NCBI GenBank assembly: GCA_965223265.1
Contig: OZ244999.1
Coordinates: 5,984,001-6,048,000, forward strand
Origin: Planctomycetota bacterium
GTDB lineage: Bacteria > Planctomycetota > UBA8108 > SXIK01
Length of the DNA: 64,000 bases
Direction of reading: 5' to 3'
Shown: one piece after another, positions 38,317 through 47,251 of the stretch
How positions within the stretch are numbered: the first letter of the stretch is position 1
How the letters are laid out: every line of letters begins with the position of its first letter
Made by a program: the position numbers and the translations under genes
Notes under the pieces: model-generated
Told to the model about the DNA's origin: nothing
Databases searched by the model: none
Seen by the model: only the letters and a program-made list of their open reading frames with translations

Positions 38317-40143
38317 TCACCGCCGCTCGTCGATGACAAAGCGGAGCTTGTACGCAAAGCGCTCTGGTTTTCTTGCGTGGCGCGCAAGACCGGAGTCGAC
38401 GACCTGGAGACTTAGTTCGTAGGTGCCTGACTTTCGCGGCGCGCCTGAGATGGCGCCCGATGACTCATCGAGCGTCAATCCATGCGGTAGCGAACCCTTC
38501 CGTAGCGTCCATTTGAGCGGAGGCGTTCCTCCCCAAGCCTTGGCAGCGAACCAGTACGGCACGCCGACCCTGCCGCGAGGCGGGAAGAACGTCGTCATCG
38601 CGAGTCCACGTCGACCCGCGAGTTGCCCACTCAACGCCGCGATCTCGTCCTGATAGAATGGATTATCGTGCTGGCTCTCGAGCTCGAAAGGGTCTTGCTC
38701 GAGATCGTAGAACTCCTTGGCGCCGTCTGCGTGTTCAACGTACTTCCAGTTGCGCCCGTCACGAAGGATCCGCACGCCGGACCACACCGGGACGGTTCTT
38801 TCGAGCTCGGGCCCCAAGTGGCCGTAGCTTTCGATCAACAAATCGTCCCGCCACTGCGTCGAGCGACCATGGATGAGGGGTAATAAGCTCAATCCGTCTG
38901 AGCTTGGTTCGTAACCGGCGAGGTCGAGAATGGTCGCACCAAGATCCAAGTTGGCAGCGACGATCTGCTTCTCATCGCGCTTCGAGACGCCTGGAGCTCT
39001 GATCACCAGCGGGACGCGAATGGACTCTTCGTACGGTAGGCCTTTGTTGCACGGGACGCGATGCTCGCCATAGGTGAGGCCGTTGTCCGAGGTGAACACA
39101 AACACTGTGCTCTCCAGAAGACCGAGCTCTTCTACGGTGTCGACGAGCGCGCCGACGGCGCGATCGACGGCCTGAAGCGACTCGAGAGTCCGGCGAGACA
39201 CACTCGGATCGCACGGTGATCGCCCTTTGCCAACGGCCGCCCTCTGAACCCAGCCCGGTTTATCCGCGAGATCTTCCTCGTCGAGGGCTCGCCCCGTGTA
39301 GACGTAATCGTCGAATCCATTTCGATCGTCGGTCGCCGGTATTCGAGGCGCATGCGGGGCGTACGTGCTCAGCATGAGAAAGAAGGGCTGCGTTGTGTCT
39401 TCGCGGATGAACTGCAGCGCAGCGTCACGCTGAAAGTCGGTGATGTACTGTTGGTCGATCGTCTCCACGTCCCCGTTCGTCGCACGATGTCGACTACTTC
39501 CCCTCGTCACGTTACGCAGCGTGTGCCAGTCTCTCATCTGCTCGCGGCTATCGTTGACAACGAAACGACTCCAGCCCGGTGGGACGTAGCCGGCGTCGTG
39601 ACCGACAAGATATCTGCCGACGAATCCTGTCCTGAACCCCGCGCTCTGGAGACGCGTGGCAACAGTGTCCGTGTCGTCGAAGCTCCTGAATGCACCGTTG
39701 TAGCCGTGATTGGACTTGACCCCTGTGTTCCTTGCGTGATAGCCACCGGCGAGGAGGCTGGCTCGCGAGGGAGCGCACGAGGGTACCGTGACGAATGCAT
39801 TCAGAAAATGAACCCCTTTGGACACCAGGCGACTCTGCAGCATGGGCATGGCCCAAAGAGTGTCCCAGCGTTGGTCGTCCGTCAAGACGATCACGATGTT
39901 GGGAGGTTTCGAAGCTGCAAACGGATCGCACGCATCTCCCAGACCGTCGTGATCGCTATCGACCTGCCCTTGATTCTTCACGGTTGGGCAGTTGTCGGTC
40001 TCATCGGCAATTCCGTCTGCGTCACTGTCAAGAGAGCTATTGGCAGAAGGTGAACGACGCGAACAGTCAGCCGCGACAACAACGAATAACAAAACGAAGA
40101 TGGCTGTGTGCCGCCTCGACAGGCGAGAAGAAATGTTTCTCAT
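38317..40143 (-). CDS. Formylglycine-dependent sulfatase with TSP type-3-like repeat and C-terminal putative Ig domain
   Basis: PNIVIVLTDDQ, CAPSRA, FTSDNG, YEESIRVPL, EFYDLEQDPFE; DSDADGIADETDNCP...DGLGDACD; GSLPHGLTLD...GAISG; possible lipoprotein signal (VAADC). Confidence 0.9.
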   Translation of the reverse strand: MRNISSRLSRRHTAIFVLLFVVVAADCSRRSPSANSSLDSDADGIADETDNCPTVKNQGQVDSDHDGLGDACDPFAASKPPNIVIVLTDDQRWDTLWAMPMLQSRLVSKGVHFLNAFVTVPSCAPSRASLLAGGYHARNTGVKSNHGYNGAFRSFDDTDTVATRLQSAGFRTGFVGRYLVGHDAGYVPPGWSRFVVNDSREQMRDWHTLRNVTRGSSRHRATNGDVETIDQQYITDFQRDAALQFIREDTTQPFFLMLSTYAPHAPRIPATDDRNGFDDYVYTGRALDEEDLADKPGWVQRAAVGKGRSPCDPSVSRRTLESLQAVDRAVGALVDTVEELGLLESTVFVFTSDNGLTYGEHRVPCNKGLPYEESIRVPLVIRAPGVSKRDEKQIVAANLDLGATILDLAGYEPSSDGLSLLPLIHGRSTQWRDDLLIESYGHLGPELERTVPVWSGVRILRDGRNWKYVEHADGAKEFYDLEQDPFELESQHDNPFYQDEIAALSGQLAGRRGLAMTTFFPPRGRVGVPYWFAAKAWGGTPPLKWTLRKGSLPHGLTLDESSGAISGAPRKSGTYELSLQVVDSGLARHARKPERFAYKLRFVIDERR

Positions 40144-40451
40144 TGCGTCTCTCTCACGCGATCGCTACCACCCGGTCGGCGCTGAGCTCTACGACTGTGA
40201 CTGCGGCTGCGACATCGACATCGGGGCGAGACTACCATGGCGATCGCGCGGTTGGAAAATCGTTTCCGCATGGCGACTGCGTCGGCGAGAGCGGCGAAAC
40301 ACCATGATCTGCTACCACAAGCATGGCGGTTTCTACAGGACGAACGCAGTCGCACGCTTCGTCGCGGTCCGTCATCCCGAACGCCCGCGGTTCACTCCTA
40401 ATCTGAATTCGCCATGCCTTCGGCGAGCCCCAAGAGTATGATCCTCATGCC

Positions 40452-41390
40452 ATGGCACACCAAGGGAAGCAGAAACTACCGGCGATCCTCCCCGTCGGAA
40501 CGGCTGTCGTCAGCACCGTGAGAATCGCGGGTCGCGGGGGCGCGCCAGCCTGTCCGCGTGGCTCCGTCGGGGTGATCACTCGAACGCCGGGCGATCCGGA
40601 ACATCGTTATCGCGTCCGCTTTCCCGGTGGCGAGGAGGTCTCGATGAGACGATCGGATCTCGCCGTGCTGAAACACTACCAGCAAGAGGGCCTGACGCAG
40701 GATCTCAACCCGATGGTGGAGCACGATCTCTATCGATACGTGATCTTCCAGTGCGTCATCGGTTCGCGCGCCTATGGTCTCGACCATGACGGCTCCGACA
40801 CCGACCGACGCGGCATCTACATCCCTCCAGCGGACCTGCACTGGTCGCTCTACGGCGTACCCGAGCAGCTCGAAAACGACGCCACCGAGGAGTGTTACTG
40901 GGAGATAGAGAAGTTCCTCAAACTCGCGCTCAAGGCAAACCCCAACGTCCTCGAGGTGCTCTACTCACCGCTGGTCGAAAAAGCCACACCTCTCGCCGAG
41001 GAGCTCTTGGATCAGAAGAACCTCTTTCTTTCGCAGCTCGTCTACCAGACCTACAACGGCTACGTGCTGTCCCAGTTCAAGAAGCTCGGGCAAGACTTGC
41101 GCAGCCGCGGCGCCATCAAGTGGAAACATGCAATGCACCTGATTCGACTCCTGCTCTCGGGCATCACAATTCTGCGCGAGGGTCTCGTTCCGGTACGAGT
41201 CGATGAGCACCGGGAGAGACTCTTGGCGATTCGTGACGGCAAGACCCCTTGGGACGAAGTCGACACATGGAGAGTCGAGCTCCATAAGGCATTCGACGCC
41301 GCATACGAAACGACCGCACTGCCGGAGCATCCAGACTACGAGCGTGCCAATGCCTTTTTGGTCGAGGCCCGTCGATCGATGGTGACCTGA
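40452..41390 (+). CDS. Pol-beta superfamily nucleotidyltransferase (YcgL/RlaP-like) with extra N-terminal beta domain
   Basis: GSRAYGL...SDTDRRG, KANPNVLEVL, WKHAMHLIRLL. Confidence 0.85.
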   Translation: MAHQGKQKLPAILPVGTAVVSTVRIAGRGGAPACPRGSVGVITRTPGDPEHRYRVRFPGGEEVSMRRSDLAVLKHYQQEGLTQDLNPMVEHDLYRYVIFQCVIGSRAYGLDHDGSDTDRRGIYIPPADLHWSLYGVPEQLENDATEECYWEIEKFLKLALKANPNVLEVLYSPLVEKATPLAEELLDQKNLFLSQLVYQTYNGYVLSQFKKLGQDLRSRGAIKWKHAMHLIRLLLSGITILREGLVPVRVDEHRERLLAIRDGKTPWDEVDTWRVELHKAFDAAYETTALPEHPDYERANAFLVEARRSMVT

Positions 41391-42148
41391 TGGAGTTCGA
41401 CCCGCGCCTAGCAGACATCACCGCGAGCCAGCCTTATCCACTCGTCTTCGCTTCGATCAGCGGTGCCCACCTCTATGGTTTCGCCTCGCCAGATTCGGAT
41501 TGGGACTTACGTGGCGTGCACGTGCTCCCGCTCGAGCAGGTGGTAGGCCTGGACGCGCGCCGGGAGACGATCGAGGATTCCCCTGAGGTGACAAGCGACG
41601 GCTTCGAGCTGGACCTGGTGACGCATGACCTGGAGAAGTTCATGCGTCTCATGTTGAAGCGTAACGGCTACGTTCTCGAGCAGGTTTTCTCGCCGCTGAT
41701 CGTCTCCACGACGCCAGAGCACGATGAACTAAAAGCTCTCGCCGCGAGGTGCATCACACGCCATCATGCACACCACTACCTTGGCTTCGCGCGCACCCAG
41801 TGGCGGCTCTTTCACAAAGACACCTCGCCCAGGGTGAAACCTCTGCTCTATGTCTATCGAGTGCTGCTGACAGGAATTCACCTGATGCGCACAGGTCGCA
41901 TCGAAGCGAACGTTCAAAAGTTAAACGACGAGTTCGGGCTCACACACATCACCGACCTCGTCGCGCGCAAGGTGAACGGCAAGGAGAAGGAGGTTCTGAG
42001 CGGCGCAAGCCTCGAATTCCATCACCAGGAGTACGAAAGACTCGTGCGGCTGCTGGAAGACGAGCGCGATCGCTCGGCTCTGCCGGATCAACCTGCGGCG
42101 CGAAGTGGGCTGAATGATCTGCTGGTGCGATTGCGGTTGGTGCGGTGA
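41390..42148 (+). CDS. Pol-beta superfamily nucleotidyltransferase (YcgL/RlaP-like)
   Basis: SGAHLYGFASPDSDWDLRG, NGYVLEQ, HHYLGFA, KPLLYVYRVLLTG; TGATG coupling with the upstream gene. Confidence 0.88.
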   Translation: MEFDPRLADITASQPYPLVFASISGAHLYGFASPDSDWDLRGVHVLPLEQVVGLDARRETIEDSPEVTSDGFELDLVTHDLEKFMRLMLKRNGYVLEQVFSPLIVSTTPEHDELKALAARCITRHHAHHYLGFARTQWRLFHKDTSPRVKPLLYVYRVLLTGIHLMRTGRIEANVQKLNDEFGLTHITDLVARKVNGKEKEVLSGASLEFHHQEYERLVRLLEDERDRSALPDQPAARSGLNDLLVRLRLVR

Positions 42149-42441
42149 TTCTGACCGAATCGAGCCAAAGGCACCAGTGACGCGTGTTGCGGTCTCGAGA
42201 AAGCCGGGAGGCTTCTATCGGTCGACTCGCAGCTGAAAGGCCGCCAGAGGGGCCAACCGTCCAGCGAGACTCGAGCACCTTAGCGATGATTCAGCCTCCA
42301 AAGAGGCGCTTTCGACACGTTATATATAGGCATGTCTGCGATCGGCTGCCTCGCCTCCCGGATTTCGCGTTGGCTTGCGGGCGCGAGACGCAAAAGCTCG
42401 CTGAGTCGACGGTCCGAGAAAGCTCGCTCGATCATCATGAC

Positions 42442-42987
42442 ATGAACGAACCAGCGCGCCGGGCACGGCCAGGACCGTCACGTGCTCTCTCACCAGAAGC
42501 CCCCGTGCTGAGACAACTGCTTCGGTTTACCTCATTTGCAGCGACGTTCGTGAGTATCGTTGTGGCATTTTTGTATTTGGTCGCGTTCGGCGCGCAAGCG
42601 TTAACAGCGGAAAGGTTATTCGCAAAGTCTCTCTTTCAGCTCAGCTCGATGGTCGAGCTATCCGCGCCAGGCTGGGCGAATCTCTATGATGTGGCGATCC
42701 TCGCCGTATTGTCGCTCTTTCTCTTCGGTCTCAGCGGCTGGCTCTTCTGCCGATCGTTGACGCTACTCCAGATCGCCGTGATCGCCGCCGCGGTCTTTGC
42801 AACTATGAACGTCGTTTCGGTTCTCGTTTCCGTCAGACTCGGGCACTCCGCGGCATTTTACGAGCACTACGTCGGTGAACTCGTCAGCATTGCCGCGTTC
42901 TCGGCCGTGACAATCACATCGTCTCACTGGGGTCGTAGCGGCGGGAACGAGAGTGGTGACAGAAAAAATGCTGATGCCGAGACGTAG
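42442..42987 (+). CDS. Hypothetical membrane protein (about 4 TM)
   Basis: Four hydrophobic segments; start uncertain (ORF open from 42184). Confidence 0.55.
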   Translation: MNEPARRARPGPSRALSPEAPVLRQLLRFTSFAATFVSIVVAFLYLVAFGAQALTAERLFAKSLFQLSSMVELSAPGWANLYDVAILAVLSLFLFGLSGWLFCRSLTLLQIAVIAAAVFATMNVVSVLVSVRLGHSAAFYEHYVGELVSIAAFSAVTITSSHWGRSGGNESGDRKNADAET

Positions 42988-43244
42988 TCACGAGAGCGCG
43001 AGTCAGGAACGGGAAGCTGCAACATCACATATGGGGGATCTTCGAACACACGGGCTGGAGACGGGTGCGGAAGCCCACGAAAAAACGACACGTCACGTAG
43101 GTCTCGAGGCCACGACAAGACGAATTGTTTTGTCGACGCCGATCCACGATCATCGCGAGAGTGGATTCCTCGAGGATCTGGAGCACCCCGACTACTGTTT
43201 CTCTGAACGGCTCTTTCTTACGAACGGACGCAGAAGAAACACTC

Positions 43245-43949
43245 GTGAAACCAAAACAGAAGTGGTGTCTGGCAGCGGGGATCGTCGCTGCAGCGCTCGT
43301 GCTGAGCTTCCTGCTCTCCACGGACCACCTGCAAAGGCATTACTACCTTTACCGGCTGAAATCGGGCTCTCCCGAGTTTCTGAGCACGCTGATGGAGCAG
43401 CCCGAGGGAACTGCGGCGCGTCGAGCGGTCGAACAATTCGTCGCCAGCGCCGAGGGAAGGCAGCAACTTCTTTCTCTGGTCGTGGAGGATCTCGATGGCG
43501 TGCTGATCCAACCTCGAGGCGGGAAGCCGGGTACGATCACACTCAAGGAATACTATCCTCATGCTTTCATCGGCATGCGTTTCCGCGCCGCGAAGGGTTC
43601 CTGGGTGCTCTTCGCCGACCTGCGCCGACCCGGGACGACGCTCCGGGCCTCGATCGCTGCGCACGACCCTTCTTTCGCGAACAGTGAAGCGGTCGCAGCA
43701 GCGTTCGAGGCCATGTGCCGAGCCGCGGGGCCAAACAATGAGATCACCCTCCGGGGATACCCGGAGCATAGGTTCCGCGTCGAGACGTTCGAGGAAGGTT
43801 TGAATCAATACCAGGTGATGCTCGGCGCACACGGTCAATCCATCGAGAACAGCGCCTACTGGTACGAATCTCTCCAAGACTGGCGCGACCTGCTCGAATC
43901 CGGAGAGCTCAAGCCGTGGGTAGTGCTTGCGAAAAAAGTCGAGCAGTGA
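43245..43949 (+). CDS. Hypothetical protein with N-terminal membrane anchor
   Basis: VKPKQKWCLAAGIVAAALVLSFLL anchor followed by a protein-like globular region; GTG start assumed. Confidence 0.6.
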   Translation: MKPKQKWCLAAGIVAAALVLSFLLSTDHLQRHYYLYRLKSGSPEFLSTLMEQPEGTAARRAVEQFVASAEGRQQLLSLVVEDLDGVLIQPRGGKPGTITLKEYYPHAFIGMRFRAAKGSWVLFADLRRPGTTLRASIAAHDPSFANSEAVAAAFEAMCRAAGPNNEITLRGYPEHRFRVETFEEGLNQYQVMLGAHGQSIENSAYWYESLQDWRDLLESGELKPWVVLAKKVEQ

Positions 43950-44171
43950 TTCCGGTGCCAGCAAAAGGAGTGACGTCGGAACCACGTCGGCCATGCCGCA
44001 GATCGTTCGCCTTCTTTCTTGAACAGAAGCAAACGGTTGTTCGAGAATCTTTGTACAATGAAGGATGGTATCCCGGGTCACTGGAAATGAGCTCTCGGGA
44101 GCGGGGTTCGATTCGGTTGTGGGCGCCAGCTCTGCAACACATCTAAACATTCATCACCCACGGAGAACTCA

Positions 44172-45473
44172 ATGACTCAGCGCCTCACGCGTCGGCAGAT
44201 GCTGCAAACGACAGCAGCCGCTGGGATCGGTTTTTGGGTCGGGGGAACGCCAGCCGCGGCGTTCTCAGAGAAGTCCGCCAACGAGAAACTGAACATCGCC
44301 GTCGTCGGCATCGGTGGGCGCGGGCGCGCGAACCTGGACGCCGTGGCGCGTGAAGGCAACATCGTTGCCCTTTGCGACGTCGACGACGAGCGCGCTGGCG
44401 ACGCCTACAAGAGCTATCCGAAGGCGAGAAAGTTCTACGACTACCGCCGCATGTTTGACGACTTCGAAAAGTCGATCGATGCTGTTGTCGTCAGCACCCC
44501 TGATCACACTCACTTCCATCCATCGATGGCGGCACTCGAGCTCGGCAAACACGTCTACTGCGAAAAACCCATGGCGCACAACGTCTGGGAGTGCCGCCGC
44601 ATGACAGACCTCGCGCGCGCGAAGAAAGTCGCGACGCAGCTCGGCGTGCAGCGTCATGCCAGGCCGAACGTCCATCGCGTCGTCGAGCTCATCAAGTCGG
44701 GCGTGATCGGCGATGTGAGCGAAGTGCACTGCTGGGTCGAGGGAAATCGCGGCATGCCTGGCGACGCCAAGAAGTTCCCTCCGGTGCCGTCACATTTGAA
44801 GTGGGATCTCTGGTTAGGGCCGACCGCAGAGCGTAGATACAGTCCGGAATACTGTCCGTACCATTGGCGCTTTTGGTGGGACTTCGGTAGCGGCGAAACC
44901 GGCAACTGGGGATGTCATACCCTCGACATCCCGTTTTGGGCGCTGGACCTCAAGCACGCCACGCACTTCGAAGCGAAGGGGCCGCCAGTGCATCCGGAGC
45001 AGACTCCGAAGTCGATGGCGATCAAGATGACGTTCCCTGCGCGCGGGAAACTGTCGCCCGTCGACGTTCACTGGTATCACACGACGAGTGGCCCCGAGAT
45101 CTTCAAGGAGCTCGGCATCGAAAAGTTCGGCAACAGCCTCTTCATTGGCTCAAAAGGCCTGCTCGCCACCGACTTCAAGGAGCACAAGCTCTACCCCGAA
45201 GAGAAGTTCGCGGACTTCGTGGCGCCGAAGCCGTTCGTCCCTGACTCTCCTGGCTTCTACACTGAGTGGGTCCTGGCGGCCAAGGGCGGCGGCATCCCCC
45301 CCACGTGTCACTTTGACTACTCCGGCCCGATGGCCGAGTCCGTCCTTCTCGGTAACGTCGCCTACCGCGCCGGCGAGGGCTTCGACTGGGACGCCGAGGG
45401 CCTCACGGCAAGCAGCTCAAAAGCCCAGGCGTTCATCCGCGAGCCGTACCGCGCCGGTTGGGATCTTTCTTGA
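44172..45473 (+). CDS. Gfo/Idh/MocA family oxidoreductase with Tat signal
   Basis: GGAG RBS; TRRQML twin-arginine leader; VGIGGRG, ALCDVD, STPDHTH, YCEKP, WDLWLGP, WGCHTLD. Confidence 0.93.
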   Translation: MTQRLTRRQMLQTTAAAGIGFWVGGTPAAAFSEKSANEKLNIAVVGIGGRGRANLDAVAREGNIVALCDVDDERAGDAYKSYPKARKFYDYRRMFDDFEKSIDAVVVSTPDHTHFHPSMAALELGKHVYCEKPMAHNVWECRRMTDLARAKKVATQLGVQRHARPNVHRVVELIKSGVIGDVSEVHCWVEGNRGMPGDAKKFPPVPSHLKWDLWLGPTAERRYSPEYCPYHWRFWWDFGSGETGNWGCHTLDIPFWALDLKHATHFEAKGPPVHPEQTPKSMAIKMTFPARGKLSPVDVHWYHTTSGPEIFKELGIEKFGNSLFIGSKGLLATDFKEHKLYPEEKFADFVAPKPFVPDSPGFYTEWVLAAKGGGIPPTCHFDYSGPMAESVLLGNVAYRAGEGFDWDAEGLTASSSKAQAFIREPYRAGWDLS

Positions 45474-45805
45474 TCTGACGGCGATCGCCGAAGAGTCAAG
45501 CCGAGTACTGTGACTCTCGTTGTGTGTTGCGCGCCGTCAGCGCATCGGGGAGCTTCCCCAAGCCCCTGCTCACTCTCGGGACGCTCGAAGATCTGGAGCG
45601 ACCGCGATCATCGTCTACGCTGGTGAGGCCTGGACGTTTTTTCTGAGATTCCGCGTCACAATCCTGATTCTGCGTCCCTATTAGAGTGGAGGGATCGCGA
45701 GCCGCGAGAATTGTAGGCGCCAGGTTCACGTTGGCTCGCTTCTTCGATTTAAGGGGAAGTCGTGGATCGTCGTTTTGATTCATTTCTCATGAGGTAGACA
45801 AAGAC

Positions 45806-46372
45806 ATGCACAGAAGAATGCGACCTACGCTGGTGATGGGCGCTGCGGTTCTTTCCGTCGCGGCGATTGGATTTCTCTCCTCGATCCCGGAGGCCAGCGG
45901 ATTCGACGCCCAGGAGCGCTGCATCCTCGCGGGGACCTGGGTGGGGACTCAGCCTGATGGAGCGAACTTCATGGAGACCTTTGTCCCTGACGTGTCGGGG
46001 AACGTGTCGCAGGTTCACATCAGGGGCAGAGGCGCCAACCCGCTGATTGAACTGTTTCCGGGCGCGCGCGGATCCGAGGCAGGAACCCGTGGCGAGGCCG
46101 TGCGCGTGAGTCCTGATACGTGGCGATACAAGTTGCTCTCGTGGTCGGTCTTCCCCAATGACGACGGCGGAATCAGCGAGATCGCTTACTTCCGCGTCGA
46201 CGAGGGGATCACCGTCCTCACCGACTGCGATACCCAGGAAGCGGTCAACACGATCTCGTTCTTTCTTCCAGAGCAGGATGCCGACGGCGATGGCATCCCG
46301 GACGAGGGCGAAGTGCCGTTCCTTCAGGTTCCCGACCTACAGCTCCCGCCGCTCAAACGCCTGCGCGCCTGA
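45806..46372 (+). CDS. Secreted hypothetical protein (beta-rich, C-terminal DADGDG motif)
   Basis: GAGG RBS; signal peptide; LAGTW; QDADGDGIPDEGE. Confidence 0.7.
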   Translation: MHRRMRPTLVMGAAVLSVAAIGFLSSIPEASGFDAQERCILAGTWVGTQPDGANFMETFVPDVSGNVSQVHIRGRGANPLIELFPGARGSEAGTRGEAVRVSPDTWRYKLLSWSVFPNDDGGISEIAYFRVDEGITVLTDCDTQEAVNTISFFLPEQDADGDGIPDEGEVPFLQVPDLQLPPLKRLRA

Positions 46373-46393
46373 CGGTCACGCATTTGGTTAACC

Positions 46394-46429
46394 GCGAAGC
46401 CTTTCCGGGGCGACCCGGGAGGGCTTCGC
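46394..46429 (+). terminator. GC-rich hairpin with GCGA tetraloop after the 45806-46372 gene
   Basis: GCGAAGCCTTTCCGGG-GCGA-CCCGGGAGGGCTTCGC, 16-bp stem with G-U pairs; no strong U-tract. Confidence 0.5.
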
Positions 46430-46627
46430 TCCTGCGCTCGTTTGCGGCCTGGGCGTCTGCACGGAGTTTTGGGTACAATCTGAAGTGTACGTGACAGTTC
46501 AGACCTTCCTCTCGCAACGTCTTCCCATGCCGTGACTTCTTCGCCTGCAAGATCACCTGGACAATTCCCGAGGTTCTGCCTCAGAACTTTGGGTCCTACC
46601 TCCCGATCTGGGTGAGGTGATTCTCTG

Positions 46628-47251
46628 ATGGACCGACAGGAGCCAACACCCCTGCTCGTCGCGAAAGCCCAAAGGGGCGATCGCGAGGCTTTCGAGCAGC
46701 TCGTCACGCAGTATTGGTCGCGACTGGCGGCCGTGATCCATAGCCTCGTTGGCGGCGGTTTACGCGGCCACTTGGACGTCGAGGACGTCTGCCAGGAGGT
46801 CTCCCTGCGAGCGTTCCAGGCGATCAGCGACTTCTCCTGGCAAGGGTCAGACTCGTTTTTTCGCTGGCTCTCGGTCATCGGCAGAAACGTCGTTCTCGAG
46901 GCGGCGAAGCGGCGACAGAAGGAACAAGACTTGGTGGTGGAGGATCTCCAGAGATCGCCCCGCCAAACAGAGGAGGTCTCGCCGAGCCGGATTCTGCAAC
47001 GGGTGGAACGTTTCGATCGGTTTCAGGAGGCTCTGGGCTGTCTCACTCCCGAGCATCGGGAGGTGATCTCTCTCGCTCGGCTGGAGAAGTTGCCTCTCAA
47101 GGAAGTCGCGACGCGCATGAACCGCTCGCACGCCGCGATTCGACAGCTGCTGCGACGTGCCCTGCAGAGCCTCAAGGAAAAGTTCGGCGACACCGAAAGC
47201 CTGGGTTTAGCGCCTGGCCATCTCGATCGAGAGGCACATCATGGAGACTAA
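46628..47251 (+). CDS. ECF sigma-70 factor, kinase-associated
   Basis: GDREAFEQLV...DVEDVCQEV...FFRWL; LTPEHREVISLARLEKLPLKEVATRM; overlaps the kinase start. Confidence 0.9.
   Translation: MDRQEPTPLLVAKAQRGDREAFEQLVTQYWSRLAAVIHSLVGGGLRGHLDVEDVCQEVSLRAFQAISDFSWQGSDSFFRWLSVIGRNVVLEAAKRRQKEQDLVVEDLQRSPRQTEEVSPSRILQRVERFDRFQEALGCLTPEHREVISLARLEKLPLKEVATRMNRSHAAIRQLLRRALQSLKEKFGDTESLGLAPGHLDREAHHGD

Noticed and set aside
44101-44128. GGGGTTCGATTC...GGCGCCA resembling a tRNA T-arm and CCA end
   Set aside because: The T-stem does not pair (CGGGG versus CGGTT) and there is no acceptor, D or anticodon arm.
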